Shown in pieces: positions 45,428 through 61,049 of a stretch of DNA of 64,000 nt. Position 1 is the first letter of the stretch. Every line of letters starts with the position of its first letter. The stretch comes from the human T2T-CHM13v2.0 reference genome, Homo sapiens: assembly GCF_009914755.1 (NCBI RefSeq), contig NC_060926.1; one strand, 5' to 3'. A program made the translations under genes and the position numbers. The notes beneath the pieces were generated by a model. It ran no database searches. It was not told where the DNA came from and saw only the letters and a list, made by a program, of their open reading frames with translations.

Positions 45428-48400
45428 AGATATGGTACATAAAAGCTATTTGTTTTTAGGGTAGTGGGATTATGGGTAATAGTTAATTTTTAAAAATTGG
45501 ACTATCTTTACGATTACTATTAAAAGTAGAAAGTGTTTTGTAATTGAGGGTTCTTTGCTTATCTGTGTAATATGAGATGACCAAATCAGTGGTGCATGAG
45601 AAGGGTCAATTTTGTTGTACAAATGCCTGAAGAAGAGCTGGATATAACATTTTGTTCAGAGCCAATTAGCTGTGATTTTTTTATCTGAAATGTTACAGCT
45701 TATTTTTCAAGCCTAAATTCTCTCTGTGCTATGGGGTTACTTCAGGCAGTCTCAATGTATGACCAAAGGCAGAGTGTTTAATTTGCTGATAATTATTACA
45801 GGCCCCTATAATTCATAAGTATATTTTTAGATTGGGGAGGGGAGGAGGAAGCAAACATTTTGTATAACTGTCATAATTTGCACATTATTACAATAAATAT
45901 TTTACAGTTAATTAAAATGTTCTAAATTAGAGAACTATGTTATGTATGAATTTTAATATATTATTAGACTATTAAATTTAGTCTTCATTATTTTCTTAGC
46001 TTACCAGTTGTGAAAGTGTAATAACAAATGGGCTGTTTGCTGTAATTGCTCTTTGCTGTAATTAATTTATAGGTTCCATGTTAAGGAAGCTATTCTGCTT
46101 AGAAACATTTGAAAGTTTTAAGTGCTGACTAGGAAATTTTAAAATGTTATATTATCTGAAAAAGATTTTCTTGACAGACAAATCAGCATCTCTGCCAGGT
46201 TTTGCATCATTATTTTTGGCAGGATAATTAGCTGTAATGCCAGAATTCAGATATATGGTAGTTGGAGTTATAGATGATCCAAAAATTCATTCTCAAACTG
46301 TGATTTATCTCACAACCATAGGAAGTAGGGTGTAGATTACAAATAACTAGGTGTGTACGTGGTTTTAAAGCTACCCAAATAAAAATAGGTAGCCTAATAA
46401 AAAGATGAGAGCTTTTGAACTATTATAACTTTGATTATTTTAAGTTAACAAAACATTCAAAGTCTTAGCACTCTGTCAAGATTTTGGCAGTACATAATGG
46501 TATATATACAGTACAGTAATGCTCAGCATTTCTTGAGGGAAAAGGTATAACTTTGGACAGTTTCTGACATATGTATCTTTTACCCATGAGGGAGTAGTTG
46601 AAGTTACAGCCTAAAGGAGTTAACTGGTAGAATAAGATTTCTGAGGAGGTGGTTAGTAAGGCCAACTTAAATGGTTGTGCATAAGGATACTGGGCCAAGT
46701 GGGTGAGGAGGGACTGAAATTGTGTGCTTTGTCTGCTAAACCTGTGCCCTTGTGTAGAGATTGTGTACCTAGAGGAGGAGCCTTTCTCTTAACAAAGTGT
46801 AACAGCATGAGCCCTCAGAGGCTCTGGTGGACAGAGATGAGTTCCAGAGGCCAGAAGTGATTGATTCCTGTTCCGTAATGATAGTAGGAGTGTAGAAAGG
46901 AAAATCTAAAGAGTCTCCTTCAAATATTTGTTTAATATTTTATTCAGAGTAAGGAGATATTTACTTTCTAGTAAGAAATATTGCATACCTCTGTATGTTC
47001 ATAATAAAAGATTTATTAACATGCACAGAACATAGTTTAATATTTTAATTTATATGTATTTTTAAAAACTCATTGATATACTACCACTGAAAATTAGGTA
47101 ACATTATTTATTCACACTCATTAAGGATTGGGGTAGTGGCCTATACTTGATCTGACTCCTCCCTCCCTTTTTGAAGTCATCTCCTGTAATTTACTTCCTT
47201 GTTCATTTCAGCCACAGAGAGGTCCTTGTTTCTGTTTTTGGTACTTGCCATTTTCCTCTGCTTAGAATGTGCTGTTCTCTACTCTTCTCTATCTTTGCAT
47301 GGCTATTTCCTTTTTATCCTTTAGGTCTTTTGTACCTCAGTGTGGCTTTTCCTTACTTTTAATCTCTATTGGCAACTTCTTTATCCCCAGTCTTCTCTAT
47401 GTGTCCCCCTATGTTATTCTAAAAATAGTGTTTATTATGTATCATCTTCATTTATAAGTTTGGTATCTGTTCCTCCTAGAATGTAAATCCCACAAGAGCA
47501 GGGACCTTGTTTGTCCTGTTTACCATTATATCCTTGGTTTCCCAGAACTGTACCTGGTATATAATTGGTGCTCAATAATATTGTTGAATACATTATTAAA
47601 GTCGAAAACTCTTGTTCAAAATATATTTTCAGGTTACTTTTATGGTTTTTGTGTTGGCAACATGCTTCTCACTTTTCTGTATTTTTTTCTTTAATCAGTT
47701 TTCTTGTGCTGTTTTCTGAACCAGACAGCTTCCTGTGAGGCATATTAAAGATTTCAAATTTAAATTTAAAAAATAAATTACTTGCTCCTGGTAAATAGCA
47801 CCGTGCAATGCATGGTTTAATTTCAAGTTTTCTGGAGATTGTGACTATCAGTTTTAAGTCCCTGTTAACCATCTGGATCAGGATTGGTGGTACAACCTTC
47901 AGTAGTACTGTATAGTACAGTCTGCAAAAATATTTGATGAGGATAGGTTGATGTTGGCAAGAGGTATTAAAATTTTTTTTAAAAATGCTTTCAACTTTGA
48001 GGACTTAGGGACCATTACACATTTGCCTGGTTATGAAGCAGTTGCATTAAATGGTTCTTTATTATCAGTTTATTCCAGTGATGTTATAGTGCCACTTGAA
48101 GACTGGTGCTCAGGCTTCTATTTGGTCAGTCAACCCTTTAATCCAGCTCCGAGAAATGGATAGTTATGGGTATATGTCACTTTAAGTGTGATAGCGAGAA
48201 TTCGAGGAGTTCTTAGCTGATGTCTTTTACTAAAATAGCAGGCAAGGTCATTTGCTGAGACCAAGCAGAGAAACAGCAGGATGGGAGGTGTCAGGAAAGT
48301 AAAGAAGAATGGGAGGGAACTGACTAGGGAAGTGAAGAAGGGTTGTTTGGTAGAGCTGAGAACCAAACTGAGATAGGTAACTGTGCATTTTCAGTGGTAC

Positions 48401-49256
48401 CAGTCTGTTCATTTGTGTGAACAACTGGAATGGTAAATATCATAAACAGTTTTTTTTTTAGTTCTTTAGTAAATGTTTTACAGTTGAAATAAAAAATAAC
48501 ACTGTCTAATGGGGTTTTCAATGTGTATAGATATATAGATAACTATAACACAAAGGGGAGAGCAAAAGGACCTATATGATGGTAATGTTTCTGTAGTCTA
48601 CTTTAATTGTTAAATTGTGATTCTAAGAAGACTGAGTAGTTTTTATTGTAATCCCTAAAGCTACCACTAAAAAAGATACAAAGATATATAGTAATAGCAC
48701 AATAGATAAATTTAAATCAAATACTAAATAGTATTCAAATTGTCAAAAAGGCAGGAAATGGGAAACAGAAGAAAACAGAGACAAACAGAAAACAATAAAA
48801 TGGTAGTCCTAAATCCAAACATATCTGTATCTATATCTATATGCATATAAGTGGTCTAAATACAAGAACTAAAATACAGCAATTGTCAGATTCAATAATA
48901 ATAATAAAAAGACCCCACAATATCTGTCTATACAAGAAACCCACTTTAAATACAATGATACAGACAGATTAAAACAAGAGGATGGAAAAAGATATACCTT
49001 GCAAATACTAATCAAAAGATACTTGGATGATACCTCACCAAATAGATTTCAGTACAAGGAAAATTAGTAGGTGCATTACATACTGATAAAGGGGTCTATT
49101 TGCCAAGAAGACTCTACCAATTTAAAACAACTGTGTGCCTAACAACAGTGCTTTGAAATTCATGGAGCAAAAACTGGTAGAAAGGAGAAATGGGAAAATC
49201 CACTTGTAGGTGGAGACTTCAAGACTCCTTTCCTATCCACTCCAATCACTATCCTA

Positions 49257-49607
<351 letters not shown>

Positions 49608-49703
49608 TCATCAATCAACTAGATCTAATTGAATTTAAAGAACATATCACCCAAGAGAGCCAAATATATATTCTTTTCAAATACTCATGGAACATACCAA
49701 GAT

Positions 49704-50034
49704 AAGGGGTCAGCAAATATTTTGTGTAAAGTGCCAGATAGTAAATATTTTAAGCATTGTGAGCCGTGTGGTCTGTGTCACAACTACTCAGTTCTGTCAT
49801 TGTAGTGCAAACTCAGCCTTAGATAATTCATAAATAAATGGGTGTGACTATGTTCCAATAAAAGTTTATACATTGACACTGACATTTGAATTTCATGTAA
49901 TTTTCACATCATGAAATATTCTTCTTTTGATATTTTCAGTCATTTAAAATATAAATATAATCCCTAGTACATGGGCCATACAAAAATTGTCAGCGGCTGG
50001 GTTTGGTGCAAAGGCCGTAGTTTGCACTCCCCTG
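49704..50034. mobile_element. MER58B-like hAT-Charlie element
   Basis: TIRs AGGGGTCAGCAAA / TTTGCACTCCCCTG and 8-bp TSD ACCAAGAT / ACCAAAAT. Confidence 0.8.
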
Positions 50035-50255
50035 ACCAAAATAAACAATATTCTGGTTCATAAAACAAACCTTAACACATTTAAAAACATTGAAATCCTG
50101 CAAAGTCTGTTCTCTGGCAGTAATGGATTTAAACTAGAAAAATATCAAAAAAAGATATCTAGAAAGTCTGAAAATATTTAGAAAGTAAACAACATAGTTC
50201 TAAATAACTCATGGGTCAAAGACATCTCATGAGAAATTGACATAGTTTGAATTAA

Positions 50256-50645
<390 letters not shown>

Positions 50646-50681
50646 TAAAAATAGAGGGAAATTAATAGAATTAAACGCTTA

Positions 50682-51232
50682 TGTTAGAGGCGTTTAAACC
50701 GGAGCAACTCCATCTTGAATAGGAGCTGGGTAAAATGAGGCTGAGACCTACTGGGTTGCATTCCCGGATGGTTAAGGCACTCTAAGTTACAGGATAAGAT
50801 AGGAGGTTGGCACAATATATAGGTCATAAAGACATTGCTGATAAAACAGGTTGCAGTAAAGAAGCCAGCAAACCCCTCCAAAACCAAGATGGTGATGAGA
50901 GTAACCTCTGGTTGTCCTCACTGCCACACTCCCACCAGTACCATGACAGTTTACAGATGCCATGGCAACATCAGGAAGTTACCCTATATGGTCTAAAAGG
51001 AGAGGCATGAATAGTCCACCCCTTGTTTAGCGTATAATCAAGAAATAACCATAAAAATGGGCAACCAGCAGCCCTCAGGCTGCTTTGTCTATGGAATAGC
51101 TATTCTTTTATTCCTTTACTTTCTTAATAAACTTGCTTTCACTTTGCTCTATGGACTCTCCCTGAATTCTTTCTTGCACAAGATCCAAGAACCCTCTCTT
51201 GGGGTCTGGATCCAGATGCCTTTCCTGTAACA
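50682..51232 (+). mobile_element. MER41 (MER41A-length) ERV1 solo LTR
   Basis: TGTTAGAGGCGTTT...ACTCCATCTTGAATAGG...TGTAACA, 551 bp, internal AATAAA, 4-bp TSD CTTA. Confidence 0.88.
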
Positions 51233-51250
51233 CTTAGAAAAGAACAACTT

Positions 51251-51577
<327 letters not shown>

Positions 51578-51684
51578 CTAAGCTTCTGTCTTTGGATTTT
51601 CCATATAGACAGTTTTCTTCTTTTCATTATGCTACTGTATGATTTTCTAGTTGATTTGCTATTCCTTTTATCTTGTTCATTCTT

Positions 51685-51987
51685 TTTTTTTTTTTTTTTT
51701 TTTTTTTCTGAGACAGAGTCTCGCTCTGTTGCCCAGGCTGGAGTGCAGTGGCGCGATCTCGGCTCACTGTAAGCTCCGCCTCCTGGGTTCATGCCATTCT
51801 CCTGCCTCAGCCTCCTGAGTAGCTGGGACTACAGGCACGTACCACCACGCTCAGCTAATTTTTTGTATTTTTAGCAGAGACAGGGTTTCACCATTCACAG
51901 GATAGTCTTGATCTCCTGACCTCGTGATCTGCCCACCTCAGCCTCCCACAGTGCTGGGATTACAGGCGTGAGCCACTGCGCCCGGCC
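51685..51987 (-). mobile_element. Alu (AluY/Sc-like) with TSD
   Basis: TTATCTTGTTCATTCTT at 51668-51684 and 51988-52004. Confidence 0.95.
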
Positions 51988-52606
51988 TTATCTTGTTCAT
52001 TCTTAAGGTCTGGGTCCTTACCCCAACTTTCTATTTGCTCTACTGCAATATGGATGAATTTTTCTAGACTTCTCTGTGACCAGTTTGTCTTTTCTGAGCT
52101 ACAGTTTGGTGGTTGGATAATGCCTTGTACCTGCTTTCTGTACTCGTAAAGTTGGGAATGTGAGGGGAGTAGGGAGAGTTATTCAGCTGAGGTTTTGCAA
52201 GTTTTTGTAAAGGACATGGGTTTTGTTTCCTCTTTCAGGTTTTATTAAGTGTCCTTGACCAGGGTTCATTCCTCCTGATGAGTGGGTATCCTTTTCCTGT
52301 GTGGGATGTGCTCAGGGTTGACATGTTTTCCTCCAATGTGTTATGTAACTCTAGTGCCTTTTCTTCCATTAGGGAAAAACATCCTACCCCATTTTACTTA
52401 CTCATTTCCATCTCAATACTTATAGTTTATAACAATTCACATTCCTTTTGTGTTTGGTTTTGGTAAATTCCTATTTAATGTTGGGTATAGTTGGTTGGGT
52501 AAATTCCTATTTAATGTTGGGTAAAATAGCCTGTATTTTAAATGATGCGTCTGAGAGTACCTCATTTCCTCGCTAGAATCTAGCTTTTTTATGTAGAGTT
52601 TGTCTA

Positions 52607-52955
<349 letters not shown>

Positions 52956-53058
52956 AGATAGTTTTGGTTTCTTTTCCATGAGCCACTTACTCACTTATTC
53001 ATTTCCTCAGTCTGCTTTTTTCCAAATTGGGGCACCAGTGAGAAACCTCATAATTTTT

Positions 53059-56000
53059 ATTTTTGTTACCAAAATAAATAAATTTAATTAATTATAATGT
53101 GCAGCAATAAAATATTTTACATATTTATGGGATACATATGAGTATTTTTACATGTATAGACTATAATGATCAAGCCAGGGTATTTGGGGTATCCATCACC
53201 TTGGGTATTTATCATTTCTAAGTGTTGGGAACATTTCACATCTGCTCTTCTAGCTACTTTGAAATATGCAATATATTGTTGCTAACTATAGTCACCCTAC
53301 TCTGCTATTAAATATTGGAGCTTATTTCTTCTATCTAACTGTATGTTTGTACCTACTAACCAACCTCTCTTTATGCCACTCTCCCACCCACACTCACCCC
53401 ACTCTCTGGTATCTATCATTCTATTCACTACCTCTGTGGGACCAACATTTTTAGCTCCTACATATGAGTGAGAACACATTATCTGTCTTTGTGTGTTTGG
53501 TGTTTGGTTTTGCTAAATTCCTGTTTATTGTTGGGGATAGTTAGCACTGCCTGTATTTTAAATGATGTGCCTGAGAGTTTGTGTGTCTGGCTTATTTCCC
53601 TTAACATAATGTCCTCCAGTTCCATTTATGTTGTTGCAAATGACAGGAATTCATTCTTCGGGCTGACTAGTATTCCATTGTGTATATATACCACCATTTC
53701 CTTTATTCATTTATCTGTTGATAGACACTTAGGTTGGTTCCATATAATGGTGCCATATAATATGCCAGTGCAGGTATCCTTTTGATATACAGATTTCTTT
53801 TCCTTGGATAAATATCCATTAGTGGGATTGCCAGATCATAGGGTAGTTCTGTTTTTAGTTTTCTAAAAAATGTCCATACTGGTTTTCATAGTGGTTTTAC
53901 TAATTTACATTCCCACCAACTGTGTATAAGAATTCCCTTTTCTCAGCACCCTCACCAGCATCTGTTATTTTTTGTCTTTTTAATAACAGCCATTCTAACT
54001 GGGGTAAGATGATCTCTCACTGAAGTTCTCATTTGCATTTCCCTGATAATTAGTGATGTTGAACTTTTATCTTCATAAACTTCTTAGCCATTTGTTTGTC
54101 TTCTTTTAACAAATGTCTATTCAGATCCTTTGCCCATTGTTTCAGGGGATTTTTTTTCCTGTTGTTTGAATTTCTTGTATATTCTGGATGTTAGTTTATT
54201 AGGTGAATAATTTGCAAATATTTTCTCCCATTCAACAAGTTGCCTCTTCACTCTGTTGATTGTTTCCTTTGCTGTGCAGGAGCTTTTTGGTTTAATATAG
54301 TCCCATTTGTCTATTTTTGTTTTTATTGTCTGTGCTTTTGAGGTCTTAGGCATAAAATCTGCCTACCAATTGTCCTTAAGTGTTTCCCCTATGTCTTCTT
54401 CCAGTAGTTTTATGGCTTGGGGTCTTATATTTAAGTCTTTAATTAATCTTGAGTTGATTTTACACGTAGAGAAGGGTCCAGTTTCATTCCTGTGTGTATA
54501 GATATTCAGTTTTCCCAGCACCATTTATTCAAGATCGTGTTCTTTCCCCAATATATGTTCTTGGTGCCTTCATTGAAAATTAGTTGGCTGTAAACATGTG
54601 GATTTATTTCTTGGTTCCCTCTTCTGTTTCATTGGTCTGTATGTCTGATTTTATACCAATACCATGCTGTTTTGGTTACTATAGCCTTTTAATATATTTT
54701 GAAGTCAGGCAATGTGATGCTTCTCACTTTGTTTGCTCAGGATTGCTTTGGCTATTCATGCTCCTTTCTTGTTCCATATGAATTTTAGGATTTTTTTTTA
54801 ATTCTATAAAAAAGACATTGGTATTTTGATAGGGATTATATTGAATCTATAGATTGCTTTGGGCAGTTTAGTCATTTTAATGAGATTAATTCTTCCAGTC
54901 CATGAGCATGGGATGTCTTTCCATTTGTTTGTGTGTGTACTCTTCAATTTATTTCATTAATGTTTTGTTGTTTTCCTGGTATACATATTTCACCTCCTTG
55001 GTTAGAAGCATTACTAGATTTTTTTTTTTGTAACTATTTTAAATGGGATTGCTTTCTTGATTGCTTTCTCAGCTAGTTGATTATTGGTATATGGAAACTA
55101 CTGATTTTTTTATGCAGATTTTGCATACAATTATTGAATTTATTAATCTAATCCAGGAAGTTTTTGGTGGAATCTTTAGGTTTTTCTAAATATAGGATCA
55201 TATCAGTAAAGGAGTACAATTTGACTTCCTCTTTTCCAATCTGGATGCCTTTTATTTCTTTCTCTTGCCTGGTTGCTCTGGCTAGGACTTACATTATGAC
55301 ATTGAATAGAAGTGGTAAAAGTGGACAGCCTCGTCTTTTTCTAGATCTTGGAGAAAAGGCTTTTAGCTTTTTTCCCGTTCAGTATGATGTTAGCAATGTG
55401 TTTGTTATACTTGGTCTTTATTATTTTGAGGTATGTTTCTTCTATTCCTAGTTTGTTGAGAGTTTTTACCATGAAGGGATGTTGAATTTTATCAAATGCC
55501 TTTTTTCTGCATCTATTAAGATGATCATATTTTTTTTTCCTTCATTCTGTTGATGTGATATGTCACATTTATTGACGTTTGCATATCTTGAACCATCCTT
55601 GCATCACTGGTATAAATCCCACTTGGTCATGGTCTATTGCCTTTTTGCTGGGTTGCTGGATTCAGTTTGTTACAATGTTGTTGAGGATTTTTATATCTAT
55701 GTTCATCAGGGATATTGGCCTGTCATTTTCCTTTTTTATTGTGTTATTGTCTGGTTTTAGTATCAGGGTGATGTTGGCCTCTTAGAACGAGTTAGGGAGA
55801 GCTTCCTCTTCAGTGTTCTAGGATAGTTTCAGGAAGATAGGTATTAATTCTTCTTTCTACAGTAATAGAATTTGACTGTGAGTATATCCAGTCCTGGGCT
55901 TTTCTTTGGAGACTTTTTATTACTAATTCAATCTTGACACTCATTACTGGTCTGCTCAGGTTTTTGATTTTTGTTGTTGTTGTTTTTTTTGAGATGGAGT

Positions 56001-59000
56001 CTCACTCTGTCAACCAGGCTGGAGTGCAATGGTATGATCTCGGCTCACTCAACCTCTGCCTCCCAGGTTCAAGCAATTCTCCTGCCTCAGCCTCCTGAGT
56101 TGCTGGGATTACAGGCATGTACCAACATGCATGCTAATTTTTGTATTTTTAGTAGAAATGAGGTTTCACCATGTTGGTCAGGCTGATCTCAAACCTCTGG
56201 CATCAAGTGATCTGCCCCTGTTGGTCTCCCAAAGTGCTAGGATTACAGGCATGAGCCAGCACACCCAGCCTGCTCAGGTTTTCTATTTCTTCTTGATTCA
56301 GTCTTGGTAGCATGTATATTTTCAGCAATCTATTCATTTCCTCTAGGTTTTTCAGTTTGTTAGTGTAGAGTTGTATATAATAGTCTGTGATCTTTTGTAT
56401 TTCTGTGGTATCAGTTGTACTGTTTCATTTTTCTGATTTTGTTTATTTGAGTCTTCTCTCTTTTTTTTTCTTGGTTAGTCTAACTAGCAGTTTAGCAATT
56501 TTGTTTATCTTTTTGAAGAACCAGCTTTTCATTTTGTTGCTCCTTTGTATTGTTTTCTTAGTCTCTATTTTGTTTAGTTCTGCTTTGATCTTTATTCTTT
56601 CTTTCTGCCAATTTGGGGATTGGCTTGTTCTTGGTTTTCTAGTTCCTTTAATTGTATTGTTAGGCTGGTTTTTTTTGAAATGTTTCTACCTTTTTGATGT
56701 AGGTATTGTAATAAAATTCCCTCTTTGCTGTAACCCAATGGTTGTTCAGGAGCATGTTGTTTAATTTTCCACATATTTGCATAGTTTCCAAAGTTCCTCT
56801 TGGTGTTGATTTCTACTTTTATTTTATTGTGGTCTGAGAAGGCACTTGATATCATTTAGATTTTTTAAAAATGTTGACTTCTTTTGTGGCCTAACATATC
56901 TTAGAGACTGTTCCATGTGCTGATAAGAAGAATGTATATTCAGCAGTTGTTTGATAAAATGTTCTGTAAATGTCTTTAGGACCATTTGGTCTAAAGTCCA
57001 GTTTAAATTGAATGCTTCTTTGTTGATTTTCTGTGTACATGATCTGACTAATGCTGAGAATAGAGTGTTGAAGTTCCTTACTATTATTAAATTGGAGTCT
57101 ATCTCTCTCTTTAGATCTAGTAATATTGCTTTATGAATCTGTGCTGCAGTATTGGGTGCACATATGTCTAGAATTATTATATCCTCTTGTGGGATTGATA
57201 CCTTTATCATCATATAATGACATTCTACATCTTTTAAAAATGTGTTTGACTCGAAGTCTGTTTTCTCTGATGTAAGTATAGATTCTTCTGCTTGCTTCTG
57301 GTTTCTGTGTATACGGAATATTTTTTTCCATTCCTTTGCTTTGAGTCTATATTTGTCTTTACAGGGGAAGTGCATTTCCTGTAGGCAGCATATAGTTGGT
57401 CCCTGTTTCTTTATCCATTCAGCCAGTCTCTATCTTTTAAGTGGAGAATTTAATCTGTTTACATTCAAGGTTATTATTGACATGTGAGGTTTTTTATTTG
57501 TTCTTGTTAATTGTTTTCTTGTGGTTTTCTGTATTCTTTGTGTTTTTTTTCTTTTTCTGTTATTGCTGGTTATTGTAGTTTGATAGTTTTCTATAGTGAT
57601 ACCTTTTGAGTCCTTTCTCTTCTTTATTTGTATTTGGTTTATGAGTGAGTTTTATAGTTTCATGTGTTTTCTTGATGATAAATGTCATCCTTTCATTTCC
57701 AGGTTTAGGACTTCCTTGAGCATTTTTTATAGATCTGGCCCAGGGGTGATGAATTCCCTTAGTGTTTGCTTGTCTGGGAAAGACCTTATTTCTTCATTTA
57801 TGAAGGCTTATTTTGGTGGATATAGTATCCTTGCTTGGCAGTTTCTTTCTTTCAGCTTGTTGAATATGTCATTCCATTCTCCTCTGGGGTGTAAGGTTTT
57901 AGCTGAGAAATCCAGTGATGGGGTTTCCTTTATAGATATATCGATACTTGCCTCTTTCTGTTTTTAGAATCCTGTCTTTGTCTTTGACTTTAGACATTTT
58001 GATTATAACGTGCTGTGGAGTAAGCCTTTTTGCATTTTATCTGTTGGGGGAATCTCTGAACTTCCTGGATCTGCATGTCAGTCTCCTGCCAGACTTGGGA
58101 AGTTTTTATCAATTATTTTGTCAAATAGGTTTTCTAGGCCTTTCATTCTCCCTTTGCCCTTGGGGACACCAGTCATTCAAATATTTGGTTGCTTTATGTT
58201 GTCCCAGATGTCACAAAGGCTTTGCTTATTCCTTTAAATCCTTATTTTTTCTTTATTTTTCTCTCATTGGACTATTTCAAAAAACCCGTCTTCAAGTTCT
58301 GAGATTCTTTCTTCTGCTTAAACTAGTCTATTGTTGAAGCTTTTGAATGTATTTTGTATTTCAATTAATTCTCCATTCCAGAATTTGTTTGATCCTTTTA
58401 AAAAATATCTATCTGGTAGATTTCTCATGCATATCCTGAATTGTTTTTCGAATTTCTTTGTATTGTTTTTCAGAATTTTCTTGTATCTCATCGAGCCTCT
58501 CTAAATGAGCATTTTGAATTCTTTGTCTAAGGTTTAACGAATTTCTTTTTAATTGGTATCTGTTGCTAGAGAATTATTGTGTTTCTTTGGGGGTGTCATA
58601 TTTCTTTGCTTTTTGTGATTCTTATGTTCTTTTATTGATATCTGTACATCTGGTGTAACTGTTGCTTCTTCCACATTTTTGAATTTGCCTTTGTAGTGGA
58701 GGACTTTTTCCTGAAGATGTATCTATGACCTTGGTTGGGTAGGGCACTTTGGTGTTGATTCAGGTGCATGCAGTAGTGTAGTTCCTGTATGGTTTCTTTG
58801 GCTATAAACAGTGTTAGTGGTACCTGTGACTTCTGTGTAGCTTAGGTGCAATTATTAGTGGAGGTTGTGCTGAAGTTTTGCTCGGGACTGGGATGCCAGG
58901 TAGGCCAGTCTTTGGGCCCCAGGGGTGGCAGTGGTAGACTGAAGTGATTATCCTCGAGCCCTGGAGTGGTGTATGCTGATTCTAGCATTAGTGGGTCCAG

Positions 59001-60174
59001 ATGGCTGGTTCCTGGGCCTCCAGGTGGTTTGCTTGGATGCTGGCACTGGCAGTGGTAGGCCAGGCATGTGGGGATGTTCTTGGGCTCCTGGGCAGCAGGT
59101 GTGATGTGGGTGATGGTAGTGGCAGTGGTGGGGCAAATCACTGGAACCCAAGTGGTTCAAGCTGCTGTTGGTGGTGGCTGCAATGGGTTGGGAAGACCAA
59201 TCCTCTGATCCACAGGTGGCATATGTGTTTGGGTGCCAGCTGTGGTGGTATTGACCAGTTGCATCAGCCTGATCTCAGACCTCAGGAGGAGTGCTCAGAT
59301 GTCAACAGTGATGGGCTGGGTTGGGCAATTTTTAGGCACCTGGACAGCATGCTCAAGTGTTAGGGGGACACACTGGTCCAGCAGACTTGTTATCAGGTCC
59401 CTGGTAGTGTGTTTAGGCACTAGCTATGATAATAGGGGTGGAGTTGTCTCTAGGCCACTGGAAAAATGCTCAGATAGGGACAGTGGCAACTGTGCTGCAG
59501 AAGCCTGCCACTGGGGAAAGTGGGGCCACTCTCAGTGGGAGCAGCAAACGCAGACAGTTCTGGAGTGTATGATTTTCTTGCACTTCAGTCCTGCAACAGC
59601 TTGCAGCAGCAGCAGTCATCGGATTTGTCTTTGGGGCACATGAAAGTGCTCAGCCTCCCCTCTCCCTCCTTGGCCTGGGAGTAGCAGCAGTAGCATCGGC
59701 TCCAGGGCAGGACACAGTCCTTTCGGGACTAGGGTCTCAGAATGGTGCCTTGTGGTAGCTACTCAAGGCTTAGGGGCCTGTGGGTCACAGTGTCAGCTCC
59801 CTCTCTGTAGCAATGCCTCTGCACAATCTTTAGGCAGCTCCCTATGTGAGTCTCAAGGCCCATGAGTGTCAAGGGGCTCTCCTCTAGCTAGGATTGTAAG
59901 AGTTCGTGGCAGGAGTGTGGACCCTTGGGGTCTCTGACTTACCTTTTCTCTGTGTCACAGAGCTTCTCCTGGCTTCCAGTGCATCTTGGCCAAGGAGGCT
60001 GCCTCATTTCTGTCCTTTCCTTGCTTTCGGTGCTTCCTAGAACTTCTCGGTTGAATTCCAGTGTTTTCTCCTAGAGGATCTATTCTAACTGTAAGTATCT
60101 ATATGATATTTGGTTCCTTTCCATGGATGAGGTGCATACTAGTAGGATCTAGTCAGTCATCTTGAATCAACTCG
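53059..60174 (-). mobile_element. Near full-length old L1 (L1MA-like), decayed
   Basis: 3' UTR at ~53.1 kb, ORF2-like ORFs (54117, 56592, 56824), ORF1-like region ~57.6-58.6 kb, GC-richer 5' UTR ~58.8-60.1 kb; candidate TSD CCTCAT(A/G)ATTTTT at 53046-53058 and 60175-60187. Confidence 0.88.
55965..56270 (-). mobile_element. Alu (AluS-like) inside the L1MA
   Basis: TGCTCAGGTTTT duplicated at the flanks. Confidence 0.9.
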
Positions 60175-61049
60175 CCTCATGATTTTTCTGAAGCTGCTTC
60201 TTTTCTTAGAACCTCTTCTTTGGGATAGAGATTATAGCCATCCCACACATTTCCTTAGTTATTATTTTTTGAAGATTCATAGCATATCGTTTAGCCTTTA
60301 CTGTTTGTTTTTTTTTGCCATTTAAAGTACTCTTAAATTGCTTTTGTTAGGCTTTGACAAAGAGAAACTGTGATGTGGTTTTACTCTGCCTTCCAACCAG
60401 CTCTCGGAAGACCTATAATTTTTGTACTTAGAAAAATTAATAAAGATATTTCTACTTTAGAAGGTAGAATATAAAGTTTTCAAAAAATAAAATGAGACAT
60501 ATTTGAAAAATTGTTCACAATATAATAAGTGCAATGAAAATAGCTTGTCAAATTTACAAAGAAAAATGAAACCGATATATTGAGGATTCAGTTTAAAAAA
60601 TGCCACATACAAACATGTTTCCTCAGAATTTATAAAACTTCGTGGAAAACAATGTGGTAATGTATTTTACAATTCTTAAAAATACTTATTTTCTTTCACA
60701 CAACATTCCAGTTTGTCCTAAGGAAATAACCAGAAATATGTATATATAAACAACAAAAAGACATTAGTATTAATATAAACCTTAAACTGAAAAGTGATTA
60801 AAATGTTAATCAACAGATAAATGTTTAAGTGTAATTACAAAATGCTCATTACAAAAAACAGGATGGTAAACTATACATATTATGTGACCCTAGTTTTATA
60901 AGAAAAATATATTTATAATGACAATGAAAGGAAGCACACATTTTTTATTTTATTTTTTAATAACTTACGTAATTTTTTCAAATGTTCCATCATGAATATA
61001 TATTCTTAAATTTAGAGGAAAAATAATAAGATTAAGAGATATCTGTTCT

